64,000 nucleotides of DNA from a virus. The stretch lies in the IMG/VR virus record IMGVR_UViG_3300045988_112440. One strand, 5' to 3'. The notes beneath the pieces are model-generated. The model did no database searches, was not told where the DNA came from, and was given only the letters and a program-made list of their open reading frames with translations. The stretch's first letter is position 1. Each line of letters begins with the position of its first letter. The position numbers and the translations under genes were made by a program. Below, piece by piece: positions 35,829 to 44,353 of this stretch.

Positions 35829-35872
35829 ATGCTAGGCGATTAGTGGTACTAGGGAAGACGTAACCACTACCA
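35829..35872 (+). promoter_or_regulatory. 44-nt conserved intergenic hairpin element, copy 1
   Basis: ATGCTAGGCGATTAGTGGTACTAGGGAAGACGTAACCACTACCA; stem TAGTGGT/ACCACTA; 37/44 identical to copy 2, with compensatory changes. Confidence 0.6.
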
Positions 35873-35916
35873 ACACGGCAGTAATGCCGTCACTATCAAT
35901 CGAAAGAAGGGATACT

Positions 35917-36495
35917 ATGCAAAAGTTTCTGTGTAAGAACCATGCAGACCGTCAGATTAAGTTTGACGGTCATTCTGTGCCGTCTGGTGCATACTATGGT
36001 CAAACCGCAGAGGGATTGCGTTTTATCGCAATCGTCAGAGTGAATCAGATCGGTATGGTTTGGCGTTCTGGTAAAGGTTTGGTTCCGTGGGAGAAGTCTT
36101 ATAATCAGACTGTCGTTGACTTCATTAGAAGTGAACCTATCGGCGTAAATCCTGAGACTGTGCATTTTGATATGGCAGTGAAATCAGAACGCAAGAAGGC
36201 TGGACGTTATGCAGCACGTTTTGCTGGCACTGGGTCTGCTAGTGCAAATCGCAAGAGCAAGAAGGCAGCGAAACACACTAAGGCTTTCCGTACTCGCAAT
36301 GACTCCTTTACAGAAGAGTACAATAATGCCTCTAGCCTGATTTATGGGAAGACTGTCGAGATGAACGGACGACCTCAAAAGGTCTATGGTAAGATTGCAG
36401 AGTACATGGACGGCAGCGGGGTTGGAAAAATCCGTGGTGATATGCGTCCTCTTGAGCCTGTTTTTCCTGTACCTTCTGGCAGAAAGGCAAGGTGA
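35917..36495 (+). CDS. hypothetical protein with basic C-terminal half
   Basis: Start moved to ATG 35917 (AAGGGA RBS); 192 aa. Confidence 0.6.
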   Translation: MQKFLCKNHADRQIKFDGHSVPSGAYYGQTAEGLRFIAIVRVNQIGMVWRSGKGLVPWEKSYNQTVVDFIRSEPIGVNPETVHFDMAVKSERKKAGRYAARFAGTGSASANRKSKKAAKHTKAFRTRNDSFTEEYNNASSLIYGKTVEMNGRPQKVYGKIAEYMDGSGVGKIRGDMRPLEPVFPVPSGRKAR

Positions 36496-36498
36496 ATC

Positions 36499-36801
36499 AT
36501 GTCAGCAACTGTTTTGAGTGGTCAGAACTTGCGCAAGAGTGAAAAATTTGCTATAATTGCATCAAAAGGTGGTGCGACTATGGCAAGTAAGTACGACAAC
36601 ATGAGCAAAGAAGAGCTTGTTGCCGCTATGAAAGCGCGAAATAAATCTTATAAGTGGCAAAAGGCTTGTGTTCTTACTCCGGCAGAGGGTGAAAAGTTGG
36701 AAACTGAAATTCTTCCTCTTTATGGATGTATAAACGTGTCTCAGCTTGTTAAAAAAATTGTCAATGGTGAATTGATTGTTTCCTCGTCAGAATCCAACTA
36801 A
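36499..36801 (+). CDS. hypothetical protein
   Basis: 100-aa ORF; alternative start at 36580 behind an AAGGTGG RBS. Confidence 0.55.
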   Translation: MSATVLSGQNLRKSEKFAIIASKGGATMASKYDNMSKEELVAAMKARNKSYKWQKACVLTPAEGEKLETEILPLYGCINVSQLVKKIVNGELIVSSSESN

Positions 36802-36823
36802 TAAACCCCATAACCCTGGCAAC

Positions 36824-36858
36824 AACGTCTTGTGAATTTATCGCAAGGCGTTTTCTTT
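36824..36858 (+). terminator. rho-independent terminator
   Basis: 9-bp stem AACGTCTTG/CAAGGCGTT, then TTTTCTTT. Confidence 0.6.
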
Positions 36859-36929
36859 ATGCCTTGTTTTGTATAATTATGCAAATAATTTGCAGAATAT
36901 GTAAAATGAAAACAAAAAAGGAGAACACA

Positions 36930-37106
36930 ATGAAAGAATACGCAATCTTTGTTGCCTGTGAAGAGGATAAGGACCCCAATTTTGGTGGCCGTTACGTCCT
37001 CTACACGGAAGAGGAAGTGAATACCCTGGGTGGTCTGGACGCTGTTCTTGCCAAATTGAAGGCAGAAGGCGAGATCATCACCGGTATTCAGACTGGTGAA
37101 CAGTGA
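36930..37106 (+). CDS. hypothetical small protein
   Basis: Start moved to ATG 36930 behind an AAGGAGAA RBS; 58 aa. Confidence 0.55.
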   Translation: MKEYAIFVACEEDKDPNFGGRYVLYTEEEVNTLGGLDAVLAKLKAEGEIITGIQTGEQ

Positions 37107-37149
37107 AATCAAACACGTCAGAAAATCACATAAAAGAGGACTTTTAACA

Positions 37150-37407
37150 ATGAAAAACGATATCAATTTCGTTTCTATGATTCATCTGGCAGATACAGAT
37201 GGAAATCGGTTTGTAGCAATCTATAAGCCGATGTCAGAAGAAGAGCGTCAAGCGTTGCTTGAACGTTATTGGCAAGAGAATCGTTGGGGCACACGATTTG
37301 GAGCCCCTGATATTCTCGATGTGTTTCCGCTTGATGACTCATGTTTTCCGAATCAGTGGTTTGAAAACATGAGTGAATGCGAAAGAAACTCAAAATGCAG
37401 CTACTGA
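37150..37407 (+). CDS. hypothetical protein
   Basis: Start moved to ATG 37150 (AGAGGA RBS); 85 aa. Confidence 0.55.
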   Translation: MKNDINFVSMIHLADTDGNRFVAIYKPMSEEERQALLERYWQENRWGTRFGAPDILDVFPLDDSCFPNQWFENMSECERNSKCSY

Positions 37408-37538
37408 ATGAAAAATGCCGTGAAGTTAGTGGGCACGGGGAAGAAAGATCCCACTACCAGCCCAATAGGGTACGCAATAGCGTTGTAAAAAATGAATTTG
37501 CAAAGCCTGGTTTATCCTGGCAGAAAGGAAGTCTTGTT

Positions 37539-37661
37539 ATGAAATCGCTTCTCATGTTCTTTGGCTATTCTGCTTATCATGCAGAGTGCGTTGCACCTAT
37601 GATGTGGGCCTTTGTGATTTGTGCCATCGCTATTGGCGTGGCAGAGTGGAAAGGGTGGTGA
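37539..37661 (+). CDS. small hydrophobic peptide (40 aa)
   Basis: Internal Met of the track ORF 37377-37661, behind an AAGGAAG RBS; one TM helix. Confidence 0.35.
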   Translation: MKSLLMFFGYSAYHAECVAPMMWAFVICAIAIGVAEWKGW

Positions 37662-37665
37662 ACTA

Positions 37666-37875
37666 ATGTTTCGTAATGTAAAGAGCTTACGATTCATTGG
37701 AACGGATGACTTTCACCGTGAAGTATTTATCGATAAGTTCGGCACAGTATGGAAATACACAGAACCCGGTGAAATGCCGCAAGAACGGCATGACAAACTT
37801 TACACTTCATCCAGCAACAGCATGGATGGAGAACCAGAAGAACCGATGGCAGATGACCTCGATTACAAGATCTAA
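37666..37875 (+). CDS. hypothetical small protein
   Basis: Start moved to ATG 37666 (AGGGTGGTG RBS); 69 aa. Confidence 0.55.
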   Translation: MFRNVKSLRFIGTDDFHREVFIDKFGTVWKYTEPGEMPQERHDKLYTSSSNSMDGEPEEPMADDLDYKI

Positions 37876-37888
37876 AAGGAGAACTGTA

Positions 37889-38185
37889 ATGAACAGAGAA
37901 GATATTGATATCCTGGAAGTGGGCAATGCTTACACGGCACTGTTTTACAAGAAGAATCACTATCAGCCATACATTGTGGCGTGGCATTTTGACCCGGATT
38001 CCTACACATGGGATCAGGGTCATTATTTTTGTGACCTGAAATCCGCAAAGAAATTCTTTGCAGAGCAGGAGCGCAATAATGCAAATTGCAAGTATTGCGA
38101 AAAGCTTGATTGCCCTCACAGGGATTGCGTCAGACGATTACCCTATGAAAATGGTGGAATCCTTGCTTGTGAGAATCTTTGGTAA
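37889..38185 (+). CDS. hypothetical Cys-containing protein
   Basis: Start moved to ATG 37889 (AAGGAGAA RBS); 98 aa. Confidence 0.6.
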   Translation: MNREDIDILEVGNAYTALFYKKNHYQPYIVAWHFDPDSYTWDQGHYFCDLKSAKKFFAEQERNNANCKYCEKLDCPHRDCVRRLPYENGGILACENLW

Positions 38186-38191
38186 AGGAGA

Positions 38192-38383
38192 ATGAAAAGC
38201 ATGAAAAAGTATGTCATGTACGAATCGCTTGGAATGTGGTATATCACCACGGCAGAAAATCACAATCGTTATATTACGGATGCAAACAAAATCATCAAGT
38301 TGAGCCGTGACTTTGAGGAAGCGAAGGCCATTGTTGATTACAATTGGCACGGCTTTGATGATGTTGAGATCATTCAGAAATAA
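38192..38383 (+). CDS. hypothetical small protein
   Basis: 63 aa, AAGGAGA RBS. Confidence 0.55.
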   Translation: MKSMKKYVMYESLGMWYITTAENHNRYITDANKIIKLSRDFEEAKAIVDYNWHGFDDVEIIQK

Positions 38384-38409
38384 AAGATATGTTTTAAGGA
38401 GGGTTTGAT

Positions 38410-38667
38410 ATGACCGCAAGAGAATATTGCAAGAGCCATCCTGTAACTGCTTATGATAGCAGCTATGGCCGTTGTGGTGGTTTTCAGATTCATGGCGACG
38501 TTCAGTATGGCATTGATGATTATATCTATGCTCAGTCTGGCGTACTCATTGAAGATGAAAAGTATCACAGTTACCATCACTTGAAGATTATCTATGCACC
38601 GTCTGGCAGAGCATACGTCAAGTGTTTCGGTAAACGAATCTATCTTGATGAGTGCATGAGAGTGTAA
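38410..38667 (+). CDS. hypothetical small protein
   Basis: 85 aa, AAGGAGGG RBS. Confidence 0.6.
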   Translation: MTAREYCKSHPVTAYDSSYGRCGGFQIHGDVQYGIDDYIYAQSGVLIEDEKYHSYHHLKIIYAPSGRAYVKCFGKRIYLDECMRV

Positions 38668-38680
38668 AGGAGAACGCAAG

Positions 38681-38821
38681 ATGAAAAAGGGTCAGTGGTT
38701 TATGAACGATGAAACAGGTGTTATCACTAATATTCATCGTGAAGCTGTCGAGTGGTATCGGCAGGGTGCAAACATTTCCATCTGGATCAACGGCGTTATT
38801 GTTTGCCGTTGGGGTCATTGA
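38681..38821 (+). CDS. hypothetical small protein (46 aa, below track cutoff)
   Basis: ATG 38681 behind AAAGGAGAACGCAAG; the same RBS cassette precedes the next gene. Confidence 0.45.
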   Translation: MKKGQWFMNDETGVITNIHREAVEWYRQGANISIWINGVIVCRWGH

Positions 38822-38841
38822 TAAGAAAGGAGAACGCAAGA

Positions 38842-39171
38842 ATGCGTGCTACTGTTGAGGTTTACGAGAATAATGCAGGCGGTATCTTTGTTGCCGTCTT
38901 TGGTAAAAATGGCTTGAAAAAGCTGTTTGTTGTTACTCCTGATAATAATGAAACAAGAATGACGAGGGCATTCTATCAGGAAGCATTGTACGGATTCTCT
39001 GGTGTGGATGACTATAACGCAGCAGATTTTTCTGGTCTGTCTATGGATGATGCTTATATGGATATCTGCAGTGGCAACCTGATTGCAGAATTTTACGACA
39101 ATTGTGTTGTGAATCTGTATCCGGCAGACATGGGATCTGCTGGTATGAAATTATTTGGTTTGAAAGACTGA
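38842..39171 (+). CDS. hypothetical protein
   Basis: Start moved to ATG 38842 behind AAAGGAGAACGCAAGA; 109 aa. Confidence 0.6.
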   Translation: MRATVEVYENNAGGIFVAVFGKNGLKKLFVVTPDNNETRMTRAFYQEALYGFSGVDDYNAADFSGLSMDDAYMDICSGNLIAEFYDNCVVNLYPADMGSAGMKLFGLKD

Positions 39172-39187
39172 AAAGGAGATACATAAA

Positions 39188-39547
39188 ATGAAACTTACTC
39201 AGAATAAGCTGTCCGTCATCCTGGCTACTGTTGTGGCTGGTGTTTCCATTCTGGCAAACTGTATGACTGCAAACGCAGCAGAGCCTATGAAAACTCGCCT
39301 GAATAATCGTTATGTCCTGGCCGGTAGCGTGGATGAAATCGAAGTATTCCGCAACGGAATTAAGACCATCCATGTTATTGATGAGAACGGCGAGGAATGG
39401 CTGTATTCTTATGCAAGCATGGAAGAAACCCCGGCAGATGGTCAGAATGTGACCATGATTATGAACAGCAATGGAACAGAAACCATCTACGATGATACCA
39501 TCGAGGATGTTCTGTGGACACGGCCTGATGAAGTGGATGTTGATTGA
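39188..39547 (+). CDS. secreted protein (N-terminal signal peptide)
   Basis: 119 aa; MKLTQNKLSVILATVVAGVSILANCMTANA-AEP. Confidence 0.6.
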   Translation: MKLTQNKLSVILATVVAGVSILANCMTANAAEPMKTRLNNRYVLAGSVDEIEVFRNGIKTIHVIDENGEEWLYSYASMEETPADGQNVTMIMNSNGTETIYDDTIEDVLWTRPDEVDVD

Positions 39548-39624
39548 TATTCACAGAATGGTCACGAAAATAAAACGTATTAACGCATTAAAATGTGACG
39601 TTAATAAAATCTACATTTTAGTGC

Positions 39625-39653
39625 TTGACAAAATCGGCAGTATCCTGTATTCT
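39625..39653 (+). promoter_or_regulatory. sigma-70/sigma-A-type promoter TTGACA-17-TATTCT
   Basis: -35 at 39625-39630 and -10 at 39648-39653; the -10 and spacer overlap copy 4 of the 20-nt element. Confidence 0.55.
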
Positions 39654-39660
39654 ATAGCTA
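39641..39660 (+). promoter_or_regulatory. 20-nt conserved element copy 4 (TATCCTGTATTCTATAGCTA)
   Basis: Inverted relative to copy 5, which lies 39 nt downstream. Confidence 0.6.
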
Positions 39661-39699
39661 GAAAGGGCAGTCCGTCATAGGGCTTTTATTTTTACCATA

Positions 39700-39719
39700 T
39701 AGATATATAACACAGGATA
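39700..39719 (-). promoter_or_regulatory. 20-nt conserved element copy 5 (reverse complement TATCCTGTGTTATATATCTA)
   Basis: Ends about 10 nt before the RBS of 39742-40290. Confidence 0.6.
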
Positions 39720-39741
39720 CGCAAGAAAAGGAGATTTGACT

Positions 39742-40290
39742 ATGGCTATGTACAAAACTAAGAAGGATGCAGCTTACGCATGGGTTCATGAGTTTAATGC
39801 GATTCCTCAGAGCGTTATTGAAAAGCTCGCCAAGGTCGATTTGGAAGAGGATGGCGAAGGTATTACTGAAATCACGCCGCCGTCTTGTTGTGATCGTGTC
39901 TATATCTTTAGCGGTGACCACTATGGCGAAGATGGTGAGATTCAGAGCTACAACGAAGATGACAACACTTACAAAATTTGTCTCGATGGCACTGGCGAGG
40001 AAGTTGATGTTAGAGAAGATGATTTTGAAGTCGAGCGTGACGGCTTCCTTCCGATGTGGGGAACGATGTGGCAGTTTAATGACCCGTGTGATAACTGGTG
40101 GCTCGAAAATCATCTTCAGGAAATGGCAGATTGCGGATTCCGCATCTACGAGCAAGAAGATTACGGTTACATTTTTGGCATTGATGGTTGTGGCTACGAT
40201 TTTTACGAGGCTCATTGGATTCCGCTTTATGAAAAGCGTGGGTTCCATTGGGACGATGAGACTGTAAAGGAGATGGAAGAAAATGCGTAA
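39742..40290 (+). CDS. acidic hypothetical protein (LPMWGTMWQF motif)
   Basis: Start moved to ATG 39742 (AAGGAGA RBS); 182 aa. Confidence 0.6.
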   Translation: MAMYKTKKDAAYAWVHEFNAIPQSVIEKLAKVDLEEDGEGITEITPPSCCDRVYIFSGDHYGEDGEIQSYNEDDNTYKICLDGTGEEVDVREDDFEVERDGFLPMWGTMWQFNDPCDNWWLENHLQEMADCGFRIYEQEDYGYIFGIDGCGYDFYEAHWIPLYEKRGFHWDDETVKEMEENA

Positions 40291-40519
40291 GTACACTCAG
40301 AAAGAATTGAAGAATATGGTTACTCTTGGAATGGCAGAGGATGTTACACGTGCAAACGACGAAGATTATGAAAGAATCATCAAAAAAGAAGGGTTTCTTT
40401 CTCAAGTTGGATATTCTTCCGGTGTTTATGGTTGTAACGGAATGTTGTTAAGAGGTCATGAAACCGGTGTTTATTATGCTGTGACTTCAAGAACGTCTGC
40501 AATTTATCTTTTTGGTTAA
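40283..40519 (+). CDS. hypothetical protein
   Basis: 78 aa, AAGGAGA RBS, overlaps the upstream gene. Confidence 0.6.
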   Translation: MRKYTQKELKNMVTLGMAEDVTRANDEDYERIIKKEGFLSQVGYSSGVYGCNGMLLRGHETGVYYAVTSRTSAIYLFG

Positions 40520-40522
40520 GAG

Positions 40523-40771
40523 GTGAATATTTTGATTATTGATAGCATTCTTGATCGCCGGGATGGCAGACACTACAGCGCACATGACTTTTATCTTGAA
40601 GTTAGAAAGTATGAACGCCTGGGTGTTGGAACTCACGGTGAAGATATTTCGTTAGCGATGGATTACGGTGATAACCGTGATGTGCAGCGTGTCCTGTGTC
40701 AATACATTGACCGTAATGAATACAATCCATCTATTAAGGATTATATAAGAAGTCAGGAGTGGGTGTCATAA
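40523..40771 (+). CDS. hypothetical protein
   Basis: 82-aa ORF from a GTG start; TTG at 40532 behind GAGGTG is an alternative start. Confidence 0.5.
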   Translation: MNILIIDSILDRRDGRHYSAHDFYLEVRKYERLGVGTHGEDISLAMDYGDNRDVQRVLCQYIDRNEYNPSIKDYIRSQEWVS

Positions 40772-41085
40772 TGCCTTATAAATCTGAAAAAATAAAACTT
40801 TCAGAACAACAAGATAGAAGAGTAAAGATTACATCTGTAATGAAAGAAGAAATCCGAAAAAAATATTCTACTGGATTATTTAGCTTAATGGATTTGGCGA
40901 AAGAATATAACGTGAGTAAGAAATCTATTTTGCTTATAGTTAATCCAGAATCCAAAAAGAAAAACGATGATCACATCAAGAGTCACTGGAAAGATTATAA
41001 ACCGTCATTAGAAGAACGAAACAAAATCATGAAAGAACATAGGCATTATAAGCAGGAGCTATATTTGAAAGGAAAATTAAAATAA
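40771..41085 (+). CDS. small basic protein with helix-turn-helix-like segment
   Basis: Start ATG 40771; LMDLAKEYNVSKKSILLIV; markedly AT-richer than its neighbours. Confidence 0.5.
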   Translation: MPYKSEKIKLSEQQDRRVKITSVMKEEIRKKYSTGLFSLMDLAKEYNVSKKSILLIVNPESKKKNDDHIKSHWKDYKPSLEERNKIMKEHRHYKQELYLKGKLK

Positions 41086-41094
41086 TACGTTATT

Positions 41095-41138
41095 ATGCTA
41101 GATGATTGGCGGTACTAGGGCAGACATAACCGCTACCA
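41095..41138 (+). promoter_or_regulatory. 44-nt conserved intergenic hairpin element, copy 2
   Basis: ATGCTAGATGATTGGCGGTACTAGGGCAGACATAACCGCTACCA; stem TGGCGGT/ACCGCTA. Confidence 0.6.
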
Positions 41139-41177
41139 GAATGCGAAAACACAAAAATATTAAAAGGAGTGTTAAGT

Positions 41178-41558
41178 ATGGCTTATATCGGTAAAAAGGA
41201 CTTTCAGATGCTTGGAAAGATGTGGACGCAGATGCGAGATCACAATGGATATGTACCTGAAAGTATGTTTCTTGAGTTTTCTGATGTGATGCACAGAGTT
41301 TCGATAAATAACGATAAGGTTACTGAAAGAACTGTTAAAAAGATATATGAAGCTAGAGAGAAGGATAAGAATTATGGTCGCCGTCAGCAGAGATTTGTAA
41401 AGGCTTATCGGTGGGCATACGATTGTAAAGCAAAAGAGGCAGTGGAGATGTATAAGAAATATAGAGAAGAATCTCCTGAGAAGATTAACGAAGTTATTGA
41501 TTATTACGACAAGTGCCAGGAACAGTGTCGTCTTAAAAACGAAGAGAGTGACATCTAA
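41178..41558 (+). CDS. hypothetical protein
   Basis: Start ATG 41178 (AAGGAG RBS); 126 aa. Confidence 0.6.
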   Translation: MAYIGKKDFQMLGKMWTQMRDHNGYVPESMFLEFSDVMHRVSINNDKVTERTVKKIYEAREKDKNYGRRQQRFVKAYRWAYDCKAKEAVEMYKKYREESPEKINEVIDYYDKCQEQCRLKNEESDI

Positions 41559-41572
41559 AAGGAGCGATTGAT

Positions 41573-41788
41573 ATGGAAACAATGTACGACCGCATTAAGC
41601 GAATGGATAAACATGAACTTGCTGAGTTTATCTATATTGTTTATCAAGTTGGTGTTAAAGATGGTGAACAGAATCTTTGTGATTCTCCTATGGGATTTTT
41701 TGGTTGCTGTTACTTCCTTAATGATAATGCAAAAGTATGGATGCCGAATGATAAGTCCAAAGATCTTTGTGATGCTTGGAATATCTAA
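41573..41788 (+). CDS. hypothetical small protein
   Basis: 71 aa, AAGGAG RBS. Confidence 0.55.
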   Translation: METMYDRIKRMDKHELAEFIYIVYQVGVKDGEQNLCDSPMGFFGCCYFLNDNAKVWMPNDKSKDLCDAWNI

Positions 41789-41809
41789 TATTAAAAGGAG
41801 TGTTTGTTT

Positions 41810-42004
41810 ATGAAATATCGCGTAACCGTTACTCGCACTGGATTTGTTTATGTTGATGCTAAAAACAAAGAAGCGGCAGAAAAATATGCAGAGGAAACCG
41901 CATGGGATAATGACGTATGGTGGGATGACGGTTGGGATGCAACGGATTGTCAGGAAGATGAAAACAATGATTGCGTTGATGACGAAGATTATATCATTGT
42001 CTAA
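41810..42004 (+). CDS. small acidic protein, DpnD/PcfM-like (paralogue family A)
   Basis: MKYRVTVTRTGFVYVDAKNKEAAEKYAEE... pattern; paralogues at 44170 and 47351. Confidence 0.5.
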   Translation: MKYRVTVTRTGFVYVDAKNKEAAEKYAEETAWDNDVWWDDGWDATDCQEDENNDCVDDEDYIIV

Positions 42005-42031
42005 AATCATGCTTTTATAGGAGATGAAAAT

Positions 42032-42334
42032 ATGAAAACTGTATATGTTATTGCCGTAAAGCATTTATTCTACTACAAAGGAAACACTCTTAATCGTTGG
42101 GAGTATGTTCAATTTGATGAGTATGGGTACACATTTTTTACTGAATCCGTTGATGGTGCGCGGCACTTTTATTCTGTTGATGAGGCTCAAAAATGGTTTG
42201 ATAAAATCGGCCATGAACTTATCTTTTACGGAAAACGTAAAGGTCAGTATGATTTAGAGTCTCTTTGTATTAAGAGCGTTGTTTTCCGAGACCCTATTGT
42301 AAATTTTGTAAGAGATTTGGATTTCAAAAACTGA
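42032..42334 (+). CDS. hypothetical protein
   Basis: 100 aa, AGGAGA RBS. Confidence 0.6.
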   Translation: MKTVYVIAVKHLFYYKGNTLNRWEYVQFDEYGYTFFTESVDGARHFYSVDEAQKWFDKIGHELIFYGKRKGQYDLESLCIKSVVFRDPIVNFVRDLDFKN

Positions 42335-42371
42335 TAAAACAGATATTTTACAATGATTGACGAGGGGAAAT

Positions 42372-42554
42372 ATGAAAGTACAAAGAGATAATCCTATCGA
42401 AGAAGGAATAGATGATTTCTTTGAAGAAAAACAAAGACTCGAAAATGAAATTCGAGATTATGAACAGAAATATTTAGATCAATATTATGATCAATTATAT
42501 GAACAAGAACTTTCCGAACGCTTGGAGTTTTATCGTGAGTTTTATGAAGATTGA
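42372..42554 (+). CDS. hypothetical small acidic protein
   Basis: Start ATG 42372 (GAGGGG RBS); 60 aa. Confidence 0.5.
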   Translation: MKVQRDNPIEEGIDDFFEEKQRLENEIRDYEQKYLDQYYDQLYEQELSERLEFYREFYED

Positions 42555-42565
42555 TGGAGGAGATT

Positions 42566-42799
42566 ATGGTTTCTTATTACGAACTTGATTTTGATGATAA
42601 TTATGGAATGGTTATTAAAGGAACCGAATGCCCGACTATTTATGAAGCAGAGGAGTTTGTGAGAAAAGATTTAATGGGTAGACATATTACTGGTGTGTTT
42701 CCAATTGACGAGAATGAGGCAAGATGTTTTTATGATTTTTCCAATGAGGAAAAATGGCCTGTTTTTGAAAAACCACATAAAACCGATTCGCGATTATAA
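42566..42799 (+). CDS. hypothetical small protein
   Basis: Start ATG 42566 behind a GGAGGAG RBS; the track start 42551 is an alternative. Confidence 0.5.
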   Translation: MVSYYELDFDDNYGMVIKGTECPTIYEAEEFVRKDLMGRHITGVFPIDENEARCFYDFSNEEKWPVFEKPHKTDSRL

Positions 42800-42842
42800 G
42801 AACCAAAACAATAAAGCATTTTACGAAGATTGAGGTGAGAAA

Positions 42843-43076
42843 ATGACTGAAAAAGATAAGCGTATTTTGAAATACGCAATTGATAACTTGGTTGCAAGAG
42901 AGAATAGTTTGTGTGAAGGATTTTGTAAAAATAATCCTACGCATAGAGCAGAACGTGAGCGTGACCGGGATTTGATTATCTTTGGTATTCGTGATGTTTT
43001 GTGTGAAGTTGAGCGTCTTGAAGAACAAGAGAAAGAGATGCTGGAGAAAGTCAAACATGAAGTGGTTCAGTTTTGA
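42843..43076 (+). CDS. hypothetical small protein
   Basis: 77 aa, GAGGTGAG RBS. Confidence 0.55.
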   Translation: MTEKDKRILKYAIDNLVARENSLCEGFCKNNPTHRAERERDRDLIIFGIRDVLCEVERLEEQEKEMLEKVKHEVVQF

Positions 43077-43090
43077 TTGGGGTGATAAAA

Positions 43091-43432
43091 ATGAGTAGTT
43101 ACAAACCGGAAGAAGTCTGGACTGCATTTGATGTTTTATCAAGCAGAATTGCCGATTCTGATGAAATCGGGCAGAAGCGTTTAAGACAAATCAAGATCAC
43201 TCTTACAGAATACTTTGAAATGATTAGGCATCTAAAGAAAACTCCTTTATGGGATATTTTTGAGTATGAAAAGAAGCTAGAACAGCCGCTTGACCTTTTG
43301 GTTTATGAAAATAATCATCTCAAAGAAGAAATCAATAAACTTCATAAAAAGCTTGGTATTAAAGAAAAATATAAAACAAATCCATACGATTATATGTTCC
43401 AAGATGAAGCTGGATTTAGAGACAAGGAGTGA
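43091..43432 (+). CDS. hypothetical protein
   Basis: Start ATG 43091 (GGGGTGA RBS); 113 aa. Confidence 0.55.
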   Translation: MSSYKPEEVWTAFDVLSSRIADSDEIGQKRLRQIKITLTEYFEMIRHLKKTPLWDIFEYEKKLEQPLDLLVYENNHLKEEINKLHKKLGIKEKYKTNPYDYMFQDEAGFRDKE

Positions 43433-43436
43433 TTCT

Positions 43437-43622
43437 ATGACCAACACTGAAAAGAATATTGTTCTCGCAGCTCTTTCTTCTTACCGGCGTAAGCTGATGG
43501 ATCAGAGTGTTTCGTTCCTTAGAGCAGGGAATCATGAGGATGCAAAACAATCAACGATGGAAGCAGCCAACGTGAATGCGCTGGTGATTAAGTTCACAAG
43601 AGAAAAGGAGCTTGCAATATGA
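43437..43622 (+). CDS. hypothetical small protein
   Basis: Internal Met of track ORF 43290-43622, behind an AAGGAG RBS; 61 aa. Confidence 0.5.
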   Translation: MTNTEKNIVLAALSSYRRKLMDQSVSFLRAGNHEDAKQSTMEAANVNALVIKFTREKELAI

Positions 43623-43939
43623 ATAGCGAAAATAAGATTGTTGTGACCAGCTGGAATGGGAAGTCTTGGGAGATGACACCTGAACAGATTGAGGCGGCAT
43701 ACCGCTACAAAGAGCATCAGTATCGTATTGAAGATGCAGAGAATCAGCTTGATGGCAATGCTGATTGGATTGAGGAAGAATACGGTTATTCTCACGATGA
43801 GATTATGGACTTTGCTGACGAGTTAGCAGAACGATTCGAGGACAAATTTGATTGTAATGTATCAGAAAATGATGATTGGGTAGCACGTATCATAGAGATG
43901 TTTGACGTCGCAGGTAGAAAGGAGAGCAACGATGACTGA
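43619..43939 (+). CDS. acidic hypothetical protein
   Basis: 106 aa, AAGGAG RBS, ATGA overlap. Confidence 0.6.
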   Translation: MNSENKIVVTSWNGKSWEMTPEQIEAAYRYKEHQYRIEDAENQLDGNADWIEEEYGYSHDEIMDFADELAERFEDKFDCNVSENDDWVARIIEMFDVAGRKESNDD

Positions 43940-44168
43940 TCCTTGCCGTTATTGTGTAGCACCGGATCGTTATCCTGGTTGCCACGACCATTGCGAAAAG
44001 TTAAAAGCCCATCGTGAAAGTGATGAGTATAAAAAGCTGTGCGAATATAAGAATACATACCTAAAAAGCCATTCGACAGCAAGTTCTTCCCAGATTAACA
44101 AAGCGATGCGGTACTTCAAATGTAAAGGTTATAGCCTTTATGGATTCAAGAATGTTGGGAGTGTGTAA
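43932..44168 (+). CDS. Cys/His-rich small protein
   Basis: Start ATG 43932 (AAGGAGAG RBS); CRYC..CHDHC. Confidence 0.55.
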   Translation: MTDPCRYCVAPDRYPGCHDHCEKLKAHRESDEYKKLCEYKNTYLKSHSTASSSQINKAMRYFKCKGYSLYGFKNVGSV

Positions 44169-44169
44169 A

Positions 44170-44349
44170 ATGAACGGCTATTACGTTACTATTGAAACAA
44201 GCGTTACTTACACAACGTTTGTTGAAGCAGACAACAAAGATGACGCTTGTGAGATTGCAAAAGATAGATTTATTGCCGGAGAAATTGAACCTGACAATCC
44301 GAATTCGACAGATATCGATTGTGTTACGGTAAAGAATGCGGAGGAGTGA
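44170..44349 (+). CDS. small acidic protein, DpnD/PcfM-like (paralogue family A)
   Basis: MNGYYVTIETSVTYTTFVEADNKDDACEIAKDRF...; 59 aa. Confidence 0.5.
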   Translation: MNGYYVTIETSVTYTTFVEADNKDDACEIAKDRFIAGEIEPDNPNSTDIDCVTVKNAEE

Positions 44350-44353
44350 TAAA

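Noticed and set aside
35841-35860. Resemblance of GATTAGTGGTACTAGGGAAGA to T7/SP6-type promoters (such as ATTTAGGTGACACTATAGAAGA)
   Set aside because: No T7-like single-subunit RNAP is present in the window, and the similarity is short. The compensatory stem changes favour an RNA hairpin, so the promoter idea is kept only as a remote alternative.
39658-40296. 212-aa - strand ORF; similar - strand ORFs at 41555-42064, 44324-44905, 42687-43142, 46487-46939 and 49008-49424
   Set aside because: All are antisense to tightly packed + strand genes that have good RBSs. Their translations are Ile/Phe/Leu-rich, as expected for the antisense of AT-rich coding DNA.
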